From: an uncultured Candidatus Rokubacteria bacterium
GTDB taxonomy: Bacteria; Methylomirabilota; Methylomirabilia; Rokubacteriales; DASRDR01
Length of the DNA: 64,000 nucleotides
Assembly (NCBI GenBank): GCA_963708025.1
Contig: CAVPSB010000030.1
Location: 32,001 to 96,000, forward strand
Direction: 5' to 3'
The translations under genes and the position numbers were made by a program. The notes under the pieces were generated by a model. That model saw nothing but the letters and a program-made list of their open reading frames with translations. It made no database searches and was not told the origin of the DNA. Numbering within the stretch: the first letter of the stretch is position 1; every line of letters begins with the position of its first letter. Shown piece after piece: positions 1 through 8,916 of the stretch.

Positions 1-1536
1 GAGGGAGACGAGCCCGAAGGCGCCCAGGTTGGCCAGGAGCGACCAGAAGAGGCCGTGGCTCACCGAGTCGAGCCCGGCCAGGCCGAACAGGGCGGTCGGC
101 CGCAACAGCGCCAGGCCGAAGGGGCCGTCGGTGAGGAGCGCCGCCGGGACGAAGCCCTCCTTGACCAGCGCCGGGACGATGAGCGTGTAGAACCAGAGCG
201 CGAAGCCGGCCGAGATCCCGACGAACGCGCCACGCCGGTTGCCCCGCGGCCAGGCCAGCCCCAGCAGGATGGCCGGCGCGCACTGGGTGACCGCCACGAA
301 CGAGAGGAGGCCCATCTCGACCAGCAGGAACTGCCCGCGGGCCATCATCGCCCACACGTAGCCGAGGAAGACCACCAGGAGGATGCAGCAGCGCATCGCG
401 TGGAGGCTCGCCCGGTAGATGTCCCCGCTCCGGTTGCGCAGGAGGATGGGCACCACGATGTCGTTCGTCAGCATCTTGGAGATCGCCAGGGAGTCGACGA
501 CGATCATCGCGGTGGCCGCCGAGAAGCCGCCGAGGAAGACCAGGACCGACAGCGCCTGCGCCCCGGCCGACAGCGGCAGGAGGAGGATGAAGTGGTCGGC
601 CTGGGCCCGGGGCAGCAGCAGGAGCCCCGCGAAGGCCACCGGGAGGACGAAGAGGTTGATGAGGAAGAGGTAGAGCGGGAACATCCAGGCGGCGGCGTTG
701 ACGTGACCCTCGTCCTGATTCTGGACCACCAGGACGTGGAACTGCCGGGGCAGGAACATCACGGCCATCATCGAGATGAACAGGAGCGCCGCCCAGCGCG
801 CGAACGACGCCGACGGAGGCGTGTCGAGCGTCACCAGGCGGGACAGCTCGGGGTCGGCCAGGACCCGGGCGAAGATGTCGCCGAACCCGCCGAACAGGCC
901 CCAGGTCACGTAGGCGCCGGCGGTGAGGAAGGCCAGGAGCTTGACGACCGACTCCACCGCCACCGCGGAGAGCAGTCCCCGCTGGACCCGGGTGAAGTCG
1001 GGGTTGCGGGCCCCGAACAGGATCCCGAAGACGCCGAGCACCACGGCCACCAGGAGCGTCGGATCGAAGAAGTCGAGGATGGTCTCCCGCCCCAGGATCA
1101 ACTTGAAGGACTCGGACACCGCCTGGAGCTGGAGGGCGATGTACGGGATGAGGCCGAGCGCGACCAGCGCGGCCACCAGCGCGCCCAGCGGGGCCGACTT
1201 GCCGTAGCGGCTCGCGATGAAGTCGGAGATCGAGGTGATGCGCTGCTCCTTGACGACCCGCACCAGCCGCCGCAGCAGGAACGGCCAGAGCAGCGCCACC
1301 AGCGCCGGGCCCAGGTAGATGGTGAGGAACTCCACGCCCCGGTGGGCGGCCAGGCCGACGCTTCCGTAGAACGTCCAGGCTGTGCAGTACACCGAGGCGG
1401 TGAGCACGTAGGTGAGCATCGCCAGCCGCGGGGAGTGGAGGCGATCGCTCCGCTCGGCGGCCCAGGCGACCCCGAACAGGAAGAGGAGGTAGCCGACGAC
1501 GATGGAGAGGAGCGGACCGTAGCCGAGCCAGCTCAC
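1..1536 (-). CDS. SLC5/Na+:solute-symporter-like membrane domain of a CrbS/CbrA-type sensor kinase (runs off window start)
   Basis: Manual minus-strand translation from GTG 1536: MSWLGYGPLLSIVVGYLLFLFGVAW...SVYCTAWTFYGSVG...RITSISDFIASRYGKS...LPRQFHV...GGFSAATAM, typical of SLC5-STAC kinases. Not in the ORF track, which shows only the antisense shadow. Confidence 0.85.
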   Translation of the reverse strand, partial: MSWLGYGPLLSIVVGYLLFLFGVAWAAERSDRLHSPRLAMLTYVLTASVYCTAWTFYGSVGLAAHRGVEFLTIYLGPALVALLWPFLLRRLVRVVKEQRITSISDFIASRYGKSAPLGALVAALVALGLIPYIALQLQAVSESFKLILGRETILDFFDPTLLVAVVLGVFGILFGARNPDFTRVQRGLLSAVAVESVVKLLAFLTAGAYVTWGLFGGFGDIFARVLADPELSRLVTLDTPPSASFARWAALLFISMMAVMFLPRQFHVLVVQNQDEGHVNAAAWMFPLYLFLINLFVLPVAFAGLLLLPRAQADHFILLLPLSAGAQALSVLVFLGGFSAATAMIVVDSLAISKMLTNDIVVPILLRNRSGDIYRASLHAMRCCILLVVFLGYVWAMMARGQFLLVEMGLLSFVAVTQCAPAILLGLAWPRGNRRGAFVGISAGFALWFYTLIVPALVKEGFVPAALLTDGPFGLALLRPTALFGLAGLDSVSHGLFWSLLANLGAFGLVSL

Positions 1537-1545
1537 GGGGATTTT

Positions 1546-1600
1546 CGGGCCGGGGGGGAGCTGCGCTCCTCCCCCGGACCCCCCCCTCCGGGTCCCCCGT
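1546..1600. repeat. GC-rich intergenic hairpin (REP-like)
   Basis: ccgggggggag-ctgcg-ctcctcccccgg imperfect inverted repeat between two genes. Confidence 0.4.
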
Positions 1601-1633
1601 CGCTCGGGATCCTCGAACGTGCCGTCAAGGCGC

Positions 1634-1816
1634 TCAGCCCTCCAGCCGCCGGGTCACCCAGAAGAGGAGGACGATGATGCCCGCCCAGACGGCGAAGAGG
1701 TAGAGCACCAGGAGGGGGATCCCGAGCACCGCCCGGGGGGCGTTGAAGATCGTCAGGAACGGCCAGGACAAGAGGACCGCGCCCAGGACGAAGAGCGCGA
1801 CGACCAGCTCTCTCAT
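1634..1816 (-). CDS. Small two-TM membrane protein upstream of the SLC5 sensor
   Basis: MRELVVALFVLGAVLLSWPFLTIFN...GIPLLVLYLFAVWAGIIVLLFW, 60 aa; TATAAT on the minus strand at 1876-1881. Confidence 0.75.
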   Translation of the reverse strand: MRELVVALFVLGAVLLSWPFLTIFNAPRAVLGIPLLVLYLFAVWAGIIVLLFWVTRRLEG

Positions 1817-1933
1817 GGTCCCTGGTCCTCGGGGGGCGGCTCGGCCGACGCCGTCGTCAGCCACGGGTGCCAGGGATTATAGGCCAGTCGGCCCGACCGG
1901 CGCCATCCCGCCCGGTCGGCGGTACACTGGGGA

Positions 1934-2045
1934 TCAGGAGGGCAGAAAGGAGCGAGCGTGACGCCCGTAGTACTCGTAGAGCCGCAGCTCCTCGTCCCGC
2001 TCGATCGGCCGGGACGGATCGTGCTCCGGCGAGTTCCGGATCGAT
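1934..2045 (-). pseudogene. Possible C-terminal remnant of a PRC-barrel-domain protein
   Basis: IRNSPEHDPSRPIERDEELRLYEYYGR resembles PRC-barrel protein tails; no start and no upstream part. Confidence 0.35.
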
Positions 2046-2109
2046 GCGCCAGCTGGTGTGACCGTGGGGCGGTGGCCCCCCGGGGCACCTTCACGGGATC
2101 TGGAGCGGG

Positions 2110-2679
2110 TCAGCCTCCCGGTTCGGCGAGGAGCGTGGCGAGGTCGATGCCGACGCGGCCGAGGTCCGACGGGCCGTAGCGGGCGCGGATCACGCCGGCG
2201 CCATCGATCAGGACGACGAGGCAGTCGTGGCTCGGGTGGCCGTCCGGCCGCCGCACTCCGACGCCGTACCAGCGGGTCACCAGATCGATCTCGGCCGGCT
2301 TGCCGGTGAGGAGCAGCCAGGCGGCGGGTTCCAGCCCCTGCTCGCGGGCGAAGCGACGCAGCTCCGCCGCGGTATCGTGGGCCGGGTCGACCGTCACCAC
2401 CACGAAGAAGACGCGCCGCCCGGCGGCCTCCCCCACCCCGCGCGCCGCCTGCCGCAGAGCCGGCAGCAGGCGGGGGCACGCCGTACAGGTGGCGCAGGTG
2501 AACGTCAGGACGACCGCGCGCTCCCGGAGATGGGCCAGCCAGATCCGGTCGTTCAGCTGCGTGGTGAGGGCGAAGTTCGGAGCGGGGCCGAGTCGGGGCA
2601 GCGGCGGCGCCGCGGCGGCCCACCCCGACAGCAAGGCCCCCAGCGCGAGGCCGGCCGCCGTCTGACGGAGTCCCCTCAT
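2110..2679 (-). CDS. SCO family (SCO1/SenC) protein
   Basis: Signal peptide, APNFALTTQ, TFTCATCTACP, VTVDPAHDT, WLLLTG, distal His in SHDCLVVLID. Confidence 0.85.
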   Translation of the reverse strand: MRGLRQTAAGLALGALLSGWAAAAPPLPRLGPAPNFALTTQLNDRIWLAHLRERAVVLTFTCATCTACPRLLPALRQAARGVGEAAGRRVFFVVVTVDPAHDTAAELRRFAREQGLEPAAWLLLTGKPAEIDLVTRWYGVGVRRPDGHPSHDCLVVLIDGAGVIRARYGPSDLGRVGIDLATLLAEPGG

Positions 2680-2817
2680 GCCCTCAGAGCCCGTGAAGAA
2701 ATGCCGGCGGCTCCCATTCCCACCGCCCATCGGCTCCTCGCAACTCCCCGGCTCCCGCCGCGCGGCCCCGGCGTTCCACTTCGAGCCGCGGCTCCGCCGC
2801 GGCCTCCGAGGGGGGGG

Positions 2818-2851
2818 TCTCGGGGGGTCTTCCAAGACCCCCCCGAAGATC
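2818..2851 (-). repeat. REP-like stem-loop/terminator after the malic enzyme stop; family member also at 20912
   Basis: GGGGGGTCTT-cc-AAGACCCCCC stem; reverse complement resembles ggggggtctcggaagactcctccga at 20919. Confidence 0.55.
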
Positions 2852-4294
2852 CTACTGCGGCGCCGGGGCGCCGACCGGCGTCTTTCGCCGGCGCCGGGCC
2901 ACCCCGGTGTGGGCGGCCGCCCGGGCCACGCCCTCGGCCACCGCCTCGACCACGCGCTTGTCGAAGACCGAGGGGATGATGTACTCGTCGGAAAGCTCGC
3001 CGGCGCTGACGATCGACGCGATGCCCCGGGCCGCCTCGATCTTCATCGCCTCGTTGACCAGCCGGGCCCGCACGTCGAGCAGCCCCCGGAAGAAGCCGGG
3101 GAAGCACAGCACGTTGTTGATCTGGTTCGGGTAGTCCGAGCGGCCGGTGGCCATGACCCGCACGATGCCCTGGACTTCCTCCGGCATGATCTCGGGGGTC
3201 GGGTTCGCCATGGCGAAGACGATCGGGTTCTTGGCCATGCGCTTGATGTCCTTGGCGGTGGCGACGCCGGGCCCGGAGAGCCCGATGAAGACGTCGGCCC
3301 CGCTGAGCGCGTCGGCCAGCGATCCGCGCACAGGCTTCTCGTTGGTGTGCTGGGCGAACCACTCCTTCACCGGGTTCATGTTCTCCTTCCGGCCCCGGTA
3401 GAGTGCGCCGGACCGGTCGCACCCGATGATGTGCTTGCAGCCGACCGCCATCAGGAGCCGGGCAGTGGCGATGCCGGAGGCACCGGCGCCCGAGAACACC
3501 ACGCGGATGTCGCCCATCTTCTTCTTGACCACCCGGAGCGCGTTGATGAGCGCGGCCAGGACGACCACCGCGGTCCCGTGCTGGTCGTCGTGGAAGACGG
3601 GGATGTCCAGCTCCTTGCGGAGCCGCTCCTCGATCTCGAAGCAGCGGGGGGCGGAGATGTCCTCGAGGTTGATCCCGCCGAAGACGGGCGAGACGGCCCG
3701 CACGATCCCGACGATCTCGTCCACGTCCTTGGTGGCCAGGCAGAGGGGAAAGGCGTCCACGCCGGCGAACTCCTTGAACAGGAGGGCCTTCCCCTCCATG
3801 ACCGGCATCGCCGCCTTGGGCCCGATGTCGCCCAGGCCGAGGACGGCGGTGCCGTCGGTCACGACCGCGACGGCGTTCTGCTTGATCGTCAGCGTGTACG
3901 CCTTCTGGGGGTCGTCGTGGATGGCCATGCACACCCGGGCGACGCCGGGGGTGTAGGCCATGGAGAGATCGTCACGGGTCTTGACCGGAACCTTGCCCCG
4001 GACCTCGATCTTGCCGCCGAGGTGCATGAGGAAAGTCCGGTCCGAGACGTTCACCACCCGCACCCCGGCGACCTTCCGGACGGCGTCGATGATGGTCTGG
4101 CCGTGCTTGTCGTCGCGGGCGTTGAACGTGATGTCCCGGACGCGGATCTCGCCGCCCGGCTGGACCAGGTCGATGGCGCCGATGTCGGCGCCGGCGCGGC
4201 TCAGGGCGGAGGTGACCTTCCCGAGCATGCCGGGCCGATTCTTGATCTCGAGCCGGACCGTCATGCTGTAGCTGGCGCTGGGTGCGGTCATCAT
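2852..4294 (-). CDS. NAD(P)-dependent malic enzyme with N-terminal ACT domain
   Basis: ACT domain (NRPGMLGKV), AYTPGVA, VTDGTAVLGLG, INLEDI, FHDDQHGTA, GAGASG, ATGRSDYPNQINN. Confidence 0.93.
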   Translation of the reverse strand: MMTAPSASYSMTVRLEIKNRPGMLGKVTSALSRAGADIGAIDLVQPGGEIRVRDITFNARDDKHGQTIIDAVRKVAGVRVVNVSDRTFLMHLGGKIEVRGKVPVKTRDDLSMAYTPGVARVCMAIHDDPQKAYTLTIKQNAVAVVTDGTAVLGLGDIGPKAAMPVMEGKALLFKEFAGVDAFPLCLATKDVDEIVGIVRAVSPVFGGINLEDISAPRCFEIEERLRKELDIPVFHDDQHGTAVVVLAALINALRVVKKKMGDIRVVFSGAGASGIATARLLMAVGCKHIIGCDRSGALYRGRKENMNPVKEWFAQHTNEKPVRGSLADALSGADVFIGLSGPGVATAKDIKRMAKNPIVFAMANPTPEIMPEEVQGIVRVMATGRSDYPNQINNVLCFPGFFRGLLDVRARLVNEAMKIEAARGIASIVSAGELSDEYIIPSVFDKRVVEAVAEGVARAAAHTGVARRRRKTPVGAPAPQ

Positions 4295-4440
4295 GGGGCG
4301 TGTCCTCCGATGCCTCCCCCGGGGGGCGGCGGTTTTCGCGTCCGGAAAGGTGACCGCTATTCTACCGTATCGAAGTAGACGCATGAAGGGCACGCCAGAT
4401 CGCCGGTAGTGGGTGGCAGAACGCGGCAAAGCGCGGCACG

Positions 4441-4464
4441 ATCCGCAACCCCGGCGCAACCGGC
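4441..4464 (+). repeat. 24-bp direct repeat, copy 1
   Basis: atccgcaaccccggcgcaaccggc; 23/24 identical to 6759-6782. Confidence 0.7.
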
Positions 4465-4735
4465 CGGGGCGCATGAGCCTCCAGGCCCGTCGGGCCTCGC
4501 CGGCGGGAGCTTGAGGCGCACCGGCCCGCAAAGCGCCAGCTCCGAGCCCCACCCCCGCGAAGCCCAGGACGCCGCCAGGACGCCATTCGACGCTTCTGCC
4601 GCCTTTGCTGACGCCGGAGGGCCGCCAGCGAGTCCTGCGGGCCCTCGTGGCGCACGTCGTGGTCAGGGACGGGACGCTGGAGATTCAGTGGCCTTCGCCA
4701 CCCAGGCCGACCCGCAGTATCCAGGCCAGAACCCC

Positions 4736-5401
4736 TCAGGGCAATAGCAACAGGCGGACCGTGTCGCGGCCGTAGGTCTGGACCAGGCGCTCGACCACCC
4801 GGGAGATCAGCGGCCCGAGGTCGGGAGCCTCCCGGTCGATCGCCTTGCGGAGCAGGTCGAGGTCGGAAGACTCCATGGGCAGGCCGTGATATCGCGCGGC
4901 GAGGACGATAGCGAGCCGCGCGGTGCGGTTCTCCGGGTGAACCAGCCGGTCGAGCACGCGAGCGCCGGCCGAGAGCATCGCCGAACGGTGGAGCGCGCGG
5001 ACCGTGTGGCGAAAAAGTCCGCTCTCGCCGTTCACCGCCCGGTTGAGCGCGAGCATATCGGTGATAAGCCCGTGGAGTATGGCCAGATGGCGCGACGGGG
5101 TCGTCAGGACGTCGTGGAACAAGGCGTCGGGCAGGCTTGGTAGCTCCCCGACCACCACACCGGCGCCGTCGGCCACGTTGAGCAGGACGACGTCGGGACT
5201 TCGCAGGAGACCGGCCAGCTCCCGGGCCTGGTCGGGGGTGAGCGGAAGGAGTGCCCAGAGGGTCCGCTCCACCACCGGCTGCCCGACCACGGGCGTCAAC
5301 GGCGCGCCGACGCCGAATGCCAGGATCCCTGCGCAGACGAGTCGTTTTAGGACAGCAGCGTTCACGGCATGACTATATCGCGAATCACGTGAGTTGGTCA
5401 T
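4736..5401 (-). CDS. Hypothetical exported helical protein (start may be further downstream)
   Basis: ORF with signal-like segment KRLVCAGILAFGVGAPL and protein-like composition. Confidence 0.55.
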   Translation of the reverse strand: MTNSRDSRYSHAVNAAVLKRLVCAGILAFGVGAPLTPVVGQPVVERTLWALLPLTPDQARELAGLLRSPDVVLLNVADGAGVVVGELPSLPDALFHDVLTTPSRHLAILHGLITDMLALNRAVNGESGLFRHTVRALHRSAMLSAGARVLDRLVHPENRTARLAIVLAARYHGLPMESSDLDLLRKAIDREAPDLGPLISRVVERLVQTYGRDTVRLLLLP

Positions 5402-5548
5402 CTATCGTCGCGGCGGCCCAGGTGGGCACACCACGTGATGTGCCCGGGCCGGGTACGGCTGAGGTCCAGCAAAGAGCATCGCCCCTGTTTTCCTTCGCTC
5501 TGGAGGGCCCGCCGCGGTAGCGTGGAGGCTGAGGGAGCAAACGAGGCG

Positions 5549-5752
5549 ATGAGCGGTCGGGATGTCATCGCGGTGTTGGTGGTCCTCATGATCGCCGGCG
5601 TGCTCGTCCGGACGGTGACCGCATGGGTGTACACGTCAGCGACAACGAGGGTCTCCGGCACCCTCGTCGGCCTCATGATGGGCGGGCTGTTGCTGTGGGG
5701 GCTCGCGTGGCGGATCGAGACCCGAGGACCGCAGGAGCGACGCCAGATCTGA
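5549..5752 (+). CDS. Small two-TM membrane protein
   Basis: ATG after GAGG; MSGRDVIAVLVVLMIAGVLV...GLMMGGLLLWGLAW. Confidence 0.55.
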   Translation: MSGRDVIAVLVVLMIAGVLVRTVTAWVYTSATTRVSGTLVGLMMGGLLLWGLAWRIETRGPQERRQI

Positions 5753-6141
5753 CACCCCGCCCCCGCGTCCTGCTGATCGACGACTCGCGCACCGTCCAGG
5801 CGACCCTCAGCCGGAGCCTTGGAGAGGCCGGCTTCGAGGTTCTGGTCGCGGGTGACACGATCGAGGCGCTGGATGTCCTGGCCCAACGCCGCTGCGCCGT
5901 GGTGCCTGCCGACTACCAGCTCCCGGGGACAAACGGGCTGGACTTCCTGGCCGCGCTGCGCGGAGCCTACCCCGAGGCGCCCCTGATCCTCTACTCGGCC
6001 TCGATGACCCTGGAGCTCGCGGCGCAGGCCCGGGACTTCGGCGTGGCTGCGCTGCTCGAGAAGCCGGTATCACCCGCACGGCTGGTCGAGGTCGTCCGCA
6101 CCGCTTCGTCCTGGAGACGAAGGCAAAAGGAAAGGAGGTGA
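5749..6141 (+). CDS. Response regulator receiver domain (start uncertain)
   Basis: RVLLIDDS, ADYQLPGTNG (phospho-Asp), ILYSA, LEKP. Confidence 0.75.
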   Translation: MTPRPRVLLIDDSRTVQATLSRSLGEAGFEVLVAGDTIEALDVLAQRRCAVVPADYQLPGTNGLDFLAALRGAYPEAPLILYSASMTLELAAQARDFGVAALLEKPVSPARLVEVVRTASSWRRRQKERR

Positions 6142-6214
6142 GGCGGAGATAACTCGATGTCATCGCTCGAGAGACACATCAGGAGCGCGCCTGGCGGCGC
6201 GTGGGAGGGTACTC

Positions 6215-6745
6215 ATGATCGTCGGAACAGTGCGGGATGCTCGGCTGCTGCTGTTTGCCAGCATCGTTGCCTTCGTCGTCATGGCGGGCTGTGGTGGTGG
6301 CGGCAGCGACAATAAGACGCCGACCACGATACGGAACGCCCCGGTGATCTCGAATCTGGCCGTGGCGTCGTCGTCTCAGGCCTGCACGGCCAGTGGGCTA
6401 TCGGGCAGGGTCCGAACGGTCAGCTTCGACTACTCCGATCCGGATGGCAATGTGTCCGGCGGCCAAGTCAACCTCAGTCTCACCTCCGGCAGTCAGACGC
6501 TGGCGACACTCTCGGTCGGTGTGCCGTCCAGCGGCGCGTCCGTCACCGGGACCACGTCGGGACGGGTCACGCTGTCCAATTTCTGCATCGCGATCCGCGG
6601 GGCGTCGAGCGCGACCCTCAATGTTACGCTGACCGATGCAGTGGGTGACGTGTCCAATCAGATCGCGACGACCGTCGCGGCTCAGCGTCCGGCTTCCGAT
6701 CCGAGCCGACCCGCCGAAGCACCGGCTGGTGCGATTGGTCACTGA
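6215..6745 (+). CDS. Ser/Thr-rich lipoprotein with Ig-like beta domain
   Basis: RBS GGAGGG; lipobox MAGC followed by GGGGS; DYSDPDGN motif. Confidence 0.75.
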   Translation: MIVGTVRDARLLLFASIVAFVVMAGCGGGGSDNKTPTTIRNAPVISNLAVASSSQACTASGLSGRVRTVSFDYSDPDGNVSGGQVNLSLTSGSQTLATLSVGVPSSGASVTGTTSGRVTLSNFCIAIRGASSATLNVTLTDAVGDVSNQIATTVAAQRPASDPSRPAEAPAGAIGH

Positions 6746-6758
6746 CGACGACGCGACC

Positions 6759-6782
6759 ATCCGCAACCCCCGCGCAACCGGC
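6759..6782 (+). repeat. 24-bp direct repeat, copy 2
   Basis: atccgcaacccccgcgcaaccggc. Confidence 0.7.
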
Positions 6783-6867
6783 GACCCCGTGCCCACGGCA
6801 GATGACAAGTTCGGCGCGGTGTTGGACGCGAAGCCTGCTATTTTACCGTAACTCCCCGAGGGGTCGC

Positions 6868-6896
6868 TTGACGGCTCCCGAGCCGAGGCATAGAGT
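6868..6896 (+). promoter_or_regulatory. sigma70-type promoter for the PAS-MBL operon
   Basis: TTGACG (6868)-N17-TAGAGT (6891). Confidence 0.55.
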
Positions 6897-6934
6897 CGCT
6901 TCCACACGGAGGCCGGGGACCTCGAGGAGCGGTG

Positions 6935-7330
6935 ATGCCGCAGAAGCCGGTCGAGATCATCCTCATGCGCCAGCTCGCCAGCTATCTGGCCATGCCCATC
7001 TTCGTGGTCGATCCCGCCGGTCGCCTCCTCTACTACAACGAGTCGGCCGAGCTCCTGCTCGGGCGTCGCTACGAGGACACCGGCGAGATGCCGCTCGAGG
7101 AGTGGTCGGCGATCTTCACGCCGACCGCCGAGGACGGCTCGCGGCTCCCGCCCGAAGCCCTGCCCCTCGTCATCGCCCTCGAGAAGCACCAGGCGGCTCA
7201 CCGGGCATTCTGGATCCGCGGCCTCGACGGCGTGCGGCGACGGATCGAGGTCACCGCCTTCCCGCTGGAAGGACAGGGCCGCCGGCGCCTCGGGGCGGTG
7301 GCCATCTTCTGGGAGCGGCCGCCGTCGTGA
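6935..7330 (+). CDS. Stand-alone PAS domain protein
   Basis: MPIFVVDPAGRLLYYNESAELLLG PAS core; GAVAIFWE end; GTGA overlap with the next gene. Confidence 0.85.
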   Translation: MPQKPVEIILMRQLASYLAMPIFVVDPAGRLLYYNESAELLLGRRYEDTGEMPLEEWSAIFTPTAEDGSRLPPEALPLVIALEKHQAAHRAFWIRGLDGVRRRIEVTAFPLEGQGRRRLGAVAIFWERPPS

Positions 7331-8175
7331 AGGTCACGCTGTGGGGCACCCGGGGATCGGTGGCGTCGGCCGGACCCGACACCGTGCGGTACGGGGGGAA
7401 CACCTCGTGCGTCGAGGTCCGCGGTGCCGACGGGACCCGCCTCGTCCTGGACGCCGGCACCGGCATCCAGCGCCTCGGCGCGACCATCGACGGCGATGCG
7501 GCGCGGATCGACGTCCTGTTGACCCACCTCCACATGGACCACATCCAGGGACTGGGCTTCTTCGACCCGCTCTTCAGGCCGGACCTGGAGGTGCACCTCT
7601 GGGGTCCACCCTCGGCGACGCTCGACCTGCGGGCCCGCCTCACCCGATACTTCTCGCCGCCGCTCTTCCCGGTGCGCCTGCGCGAGCTGCCGTGCCGACT
7701 GCGGCTCCACGACGTGCCCATGGAGGAGAGCTTCGAGGTGGGTGGGCTCCGGATCCTGGCCGGGCTCGTCTGCCACCCGGGTCCCACCGTCGGCTACCGG
7801 ATCACGGAGCGGGCGGCCTCGCTGGCGTATCTGCCGGACCACGAGCCGGCGCTCGGAGCGCCCCACTTCCCGGAGGGGCCCGACTGGACCTCGGGGTTCG
7901 AGCTGGCCGCCGGGGTCGGTCTCCTCATCCACGACGCGCAGTACACGGAGGCGGAGTACGGCGAGCGGGTGGGATGGGGACACAGCGCCCTGTCGCACGT
8001 CCTCGCCTTCGCCGCCCTGGCCCGCACCCAGCGGCTGGTGACGTTTCACCACGACCCGACCCACGACGACCGGACGCTGGACGGCCTGCTCGACGAGGCC
8101 CGGCGCTCCCGTCCGCTCTCCTTCGAGGTCCTGCCCGGGATCGAGGGGCGGAGCTTCGACCTCGATGCCGGCTAG
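7327..8175 (+). CDS. MBL-fold metallo-hydrolase (TaR3-like, putative phosphodiesterase)
   Basis: WGTRGS...YGGNTSCVEV, LDAGTG, THLHMDHIQG, HDAQY, GWGHS, FHHDP. Confidence 0.9.
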   Translation: MKVTLWGTRGSVASAGPDTVRYGGNTSCVEVRGADGTRLVLDAGTGIQRLGATIDGDAARIDVLLTHLHMDHIQGLGFFDPLFRPDLEVHLWGPPSATLDLRARLTRYFSPPLFPVRLRELPCRLRLHDVPMEESFEVGGLRILAGLVCHPGPTVGYRITERAASLAYLPDHEPALGAPHFPEGPDWTSGFELAAGVGLLIHDAQYTEAEYGERVGWGHSALSHVLAFAALARTQRLVTFHHDPTHDDRTLDGLLDEARRSRPLSFEVLPGIEGRSFDLDAG

Positions 8176-8190
8176 ACCTCCCGGAGGACT

Positions 8191-8907
8191 CTAGGGCGAG
8201 GCCCCCCCGGCGGTCGGGAGCGCCGGGAGACGCAGCCCCTTCCGCAGCTCCTTGTCGCCGCGCTCGCGGACGTCCACGCCGCGGACGATATAGATGACGT
8301 CCTCGGCGATGTTGGTGGCGTGGTCGGCGATCCGCTCGAGGTTCCGGGAGACCAGGATCAGCGCCAGGGCCCGGGGGATGGTGGCGGTGTCGGCCATCAT
8401 GTAGGTGAGCAGCTCGCGGAAGACCTGGTCGCGGAGGCTGTCCACCTCGTCGTCCGAGTCGATGACACTCCGGGCGAGCTCCGGATCCCTCCGGACGAAC
8501 GCGTCGAGGCTCTTGCGGACCATCTCCTGGGCCAGGCTCGCCATCCGGGGGATGTCGATCAGCGGCTTGACCTCGGGCTGGGTGATCAGGGACTGAGCCC
8601 GGAGCGCGATGCTGACCGTCTGGTCGGCGATCCGCTCCAGGTCGCTGTTGATCTTGATGGCGGCGACCAGGAAGCGGAGGTCGGAGGCCATCGGCTGGTG
8701 GAGCGCCAGCAGCGTGAAGGCTCGGTCGTCGACGTCGATGCAGAGGAGATCCATCTCCTCCTCGTGGGCGAGGACGGTCTGGACGAGCCCCTCGTCCCGG
8801 CTCACCAGGGCCTTGACGGCCTCGTGGATCATGGTCTCGGCGAGACTCCCCATCGCGAGCAAGCGCTCCCGCAACTCCTGCAGGTTGCCGTCGAAATGCC
8901 GCTCCAT
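8191..8907 (-). CDS. phoU: Phosphate signalling protein PhoU
   Basis: QPMASDLR, two LERIAD motifs; last gene of the pst operon. Confidence 0.95.
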   Translation of the reverse strand: MERHFDGNLQELRERLLAMGSLAETMIHEAVKALVSRDEGLVQTVLAHEEEMDLLCIDVDDRAFTLLALHQPMASDLRFLVAAIKINSDLERIADQTVSIALRAQSLITQPEVKPLIDIPRMASLAQEMVRKSLDAFVRRDPELARSVIDSDDEVDSLRDQVFRELLTYMMADTATIPRALALILVSRNLERIADHATNIAEDVIYIVRGVDVRERGDKELRKGLRLPALPTAGGASP

Positions 8908-8916
8908 ACCCGCCCC

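Noticed and set aside
55-1677. 540-aa plus-strand ORF
   Set aside because: Antisense shadow of the SLC5 sensor gene; typical high-GC artefact.
2678-4378. 566-aa plus-strand ORF
   Set aside because: Antisense of the malic enzyme gene; no motifs.
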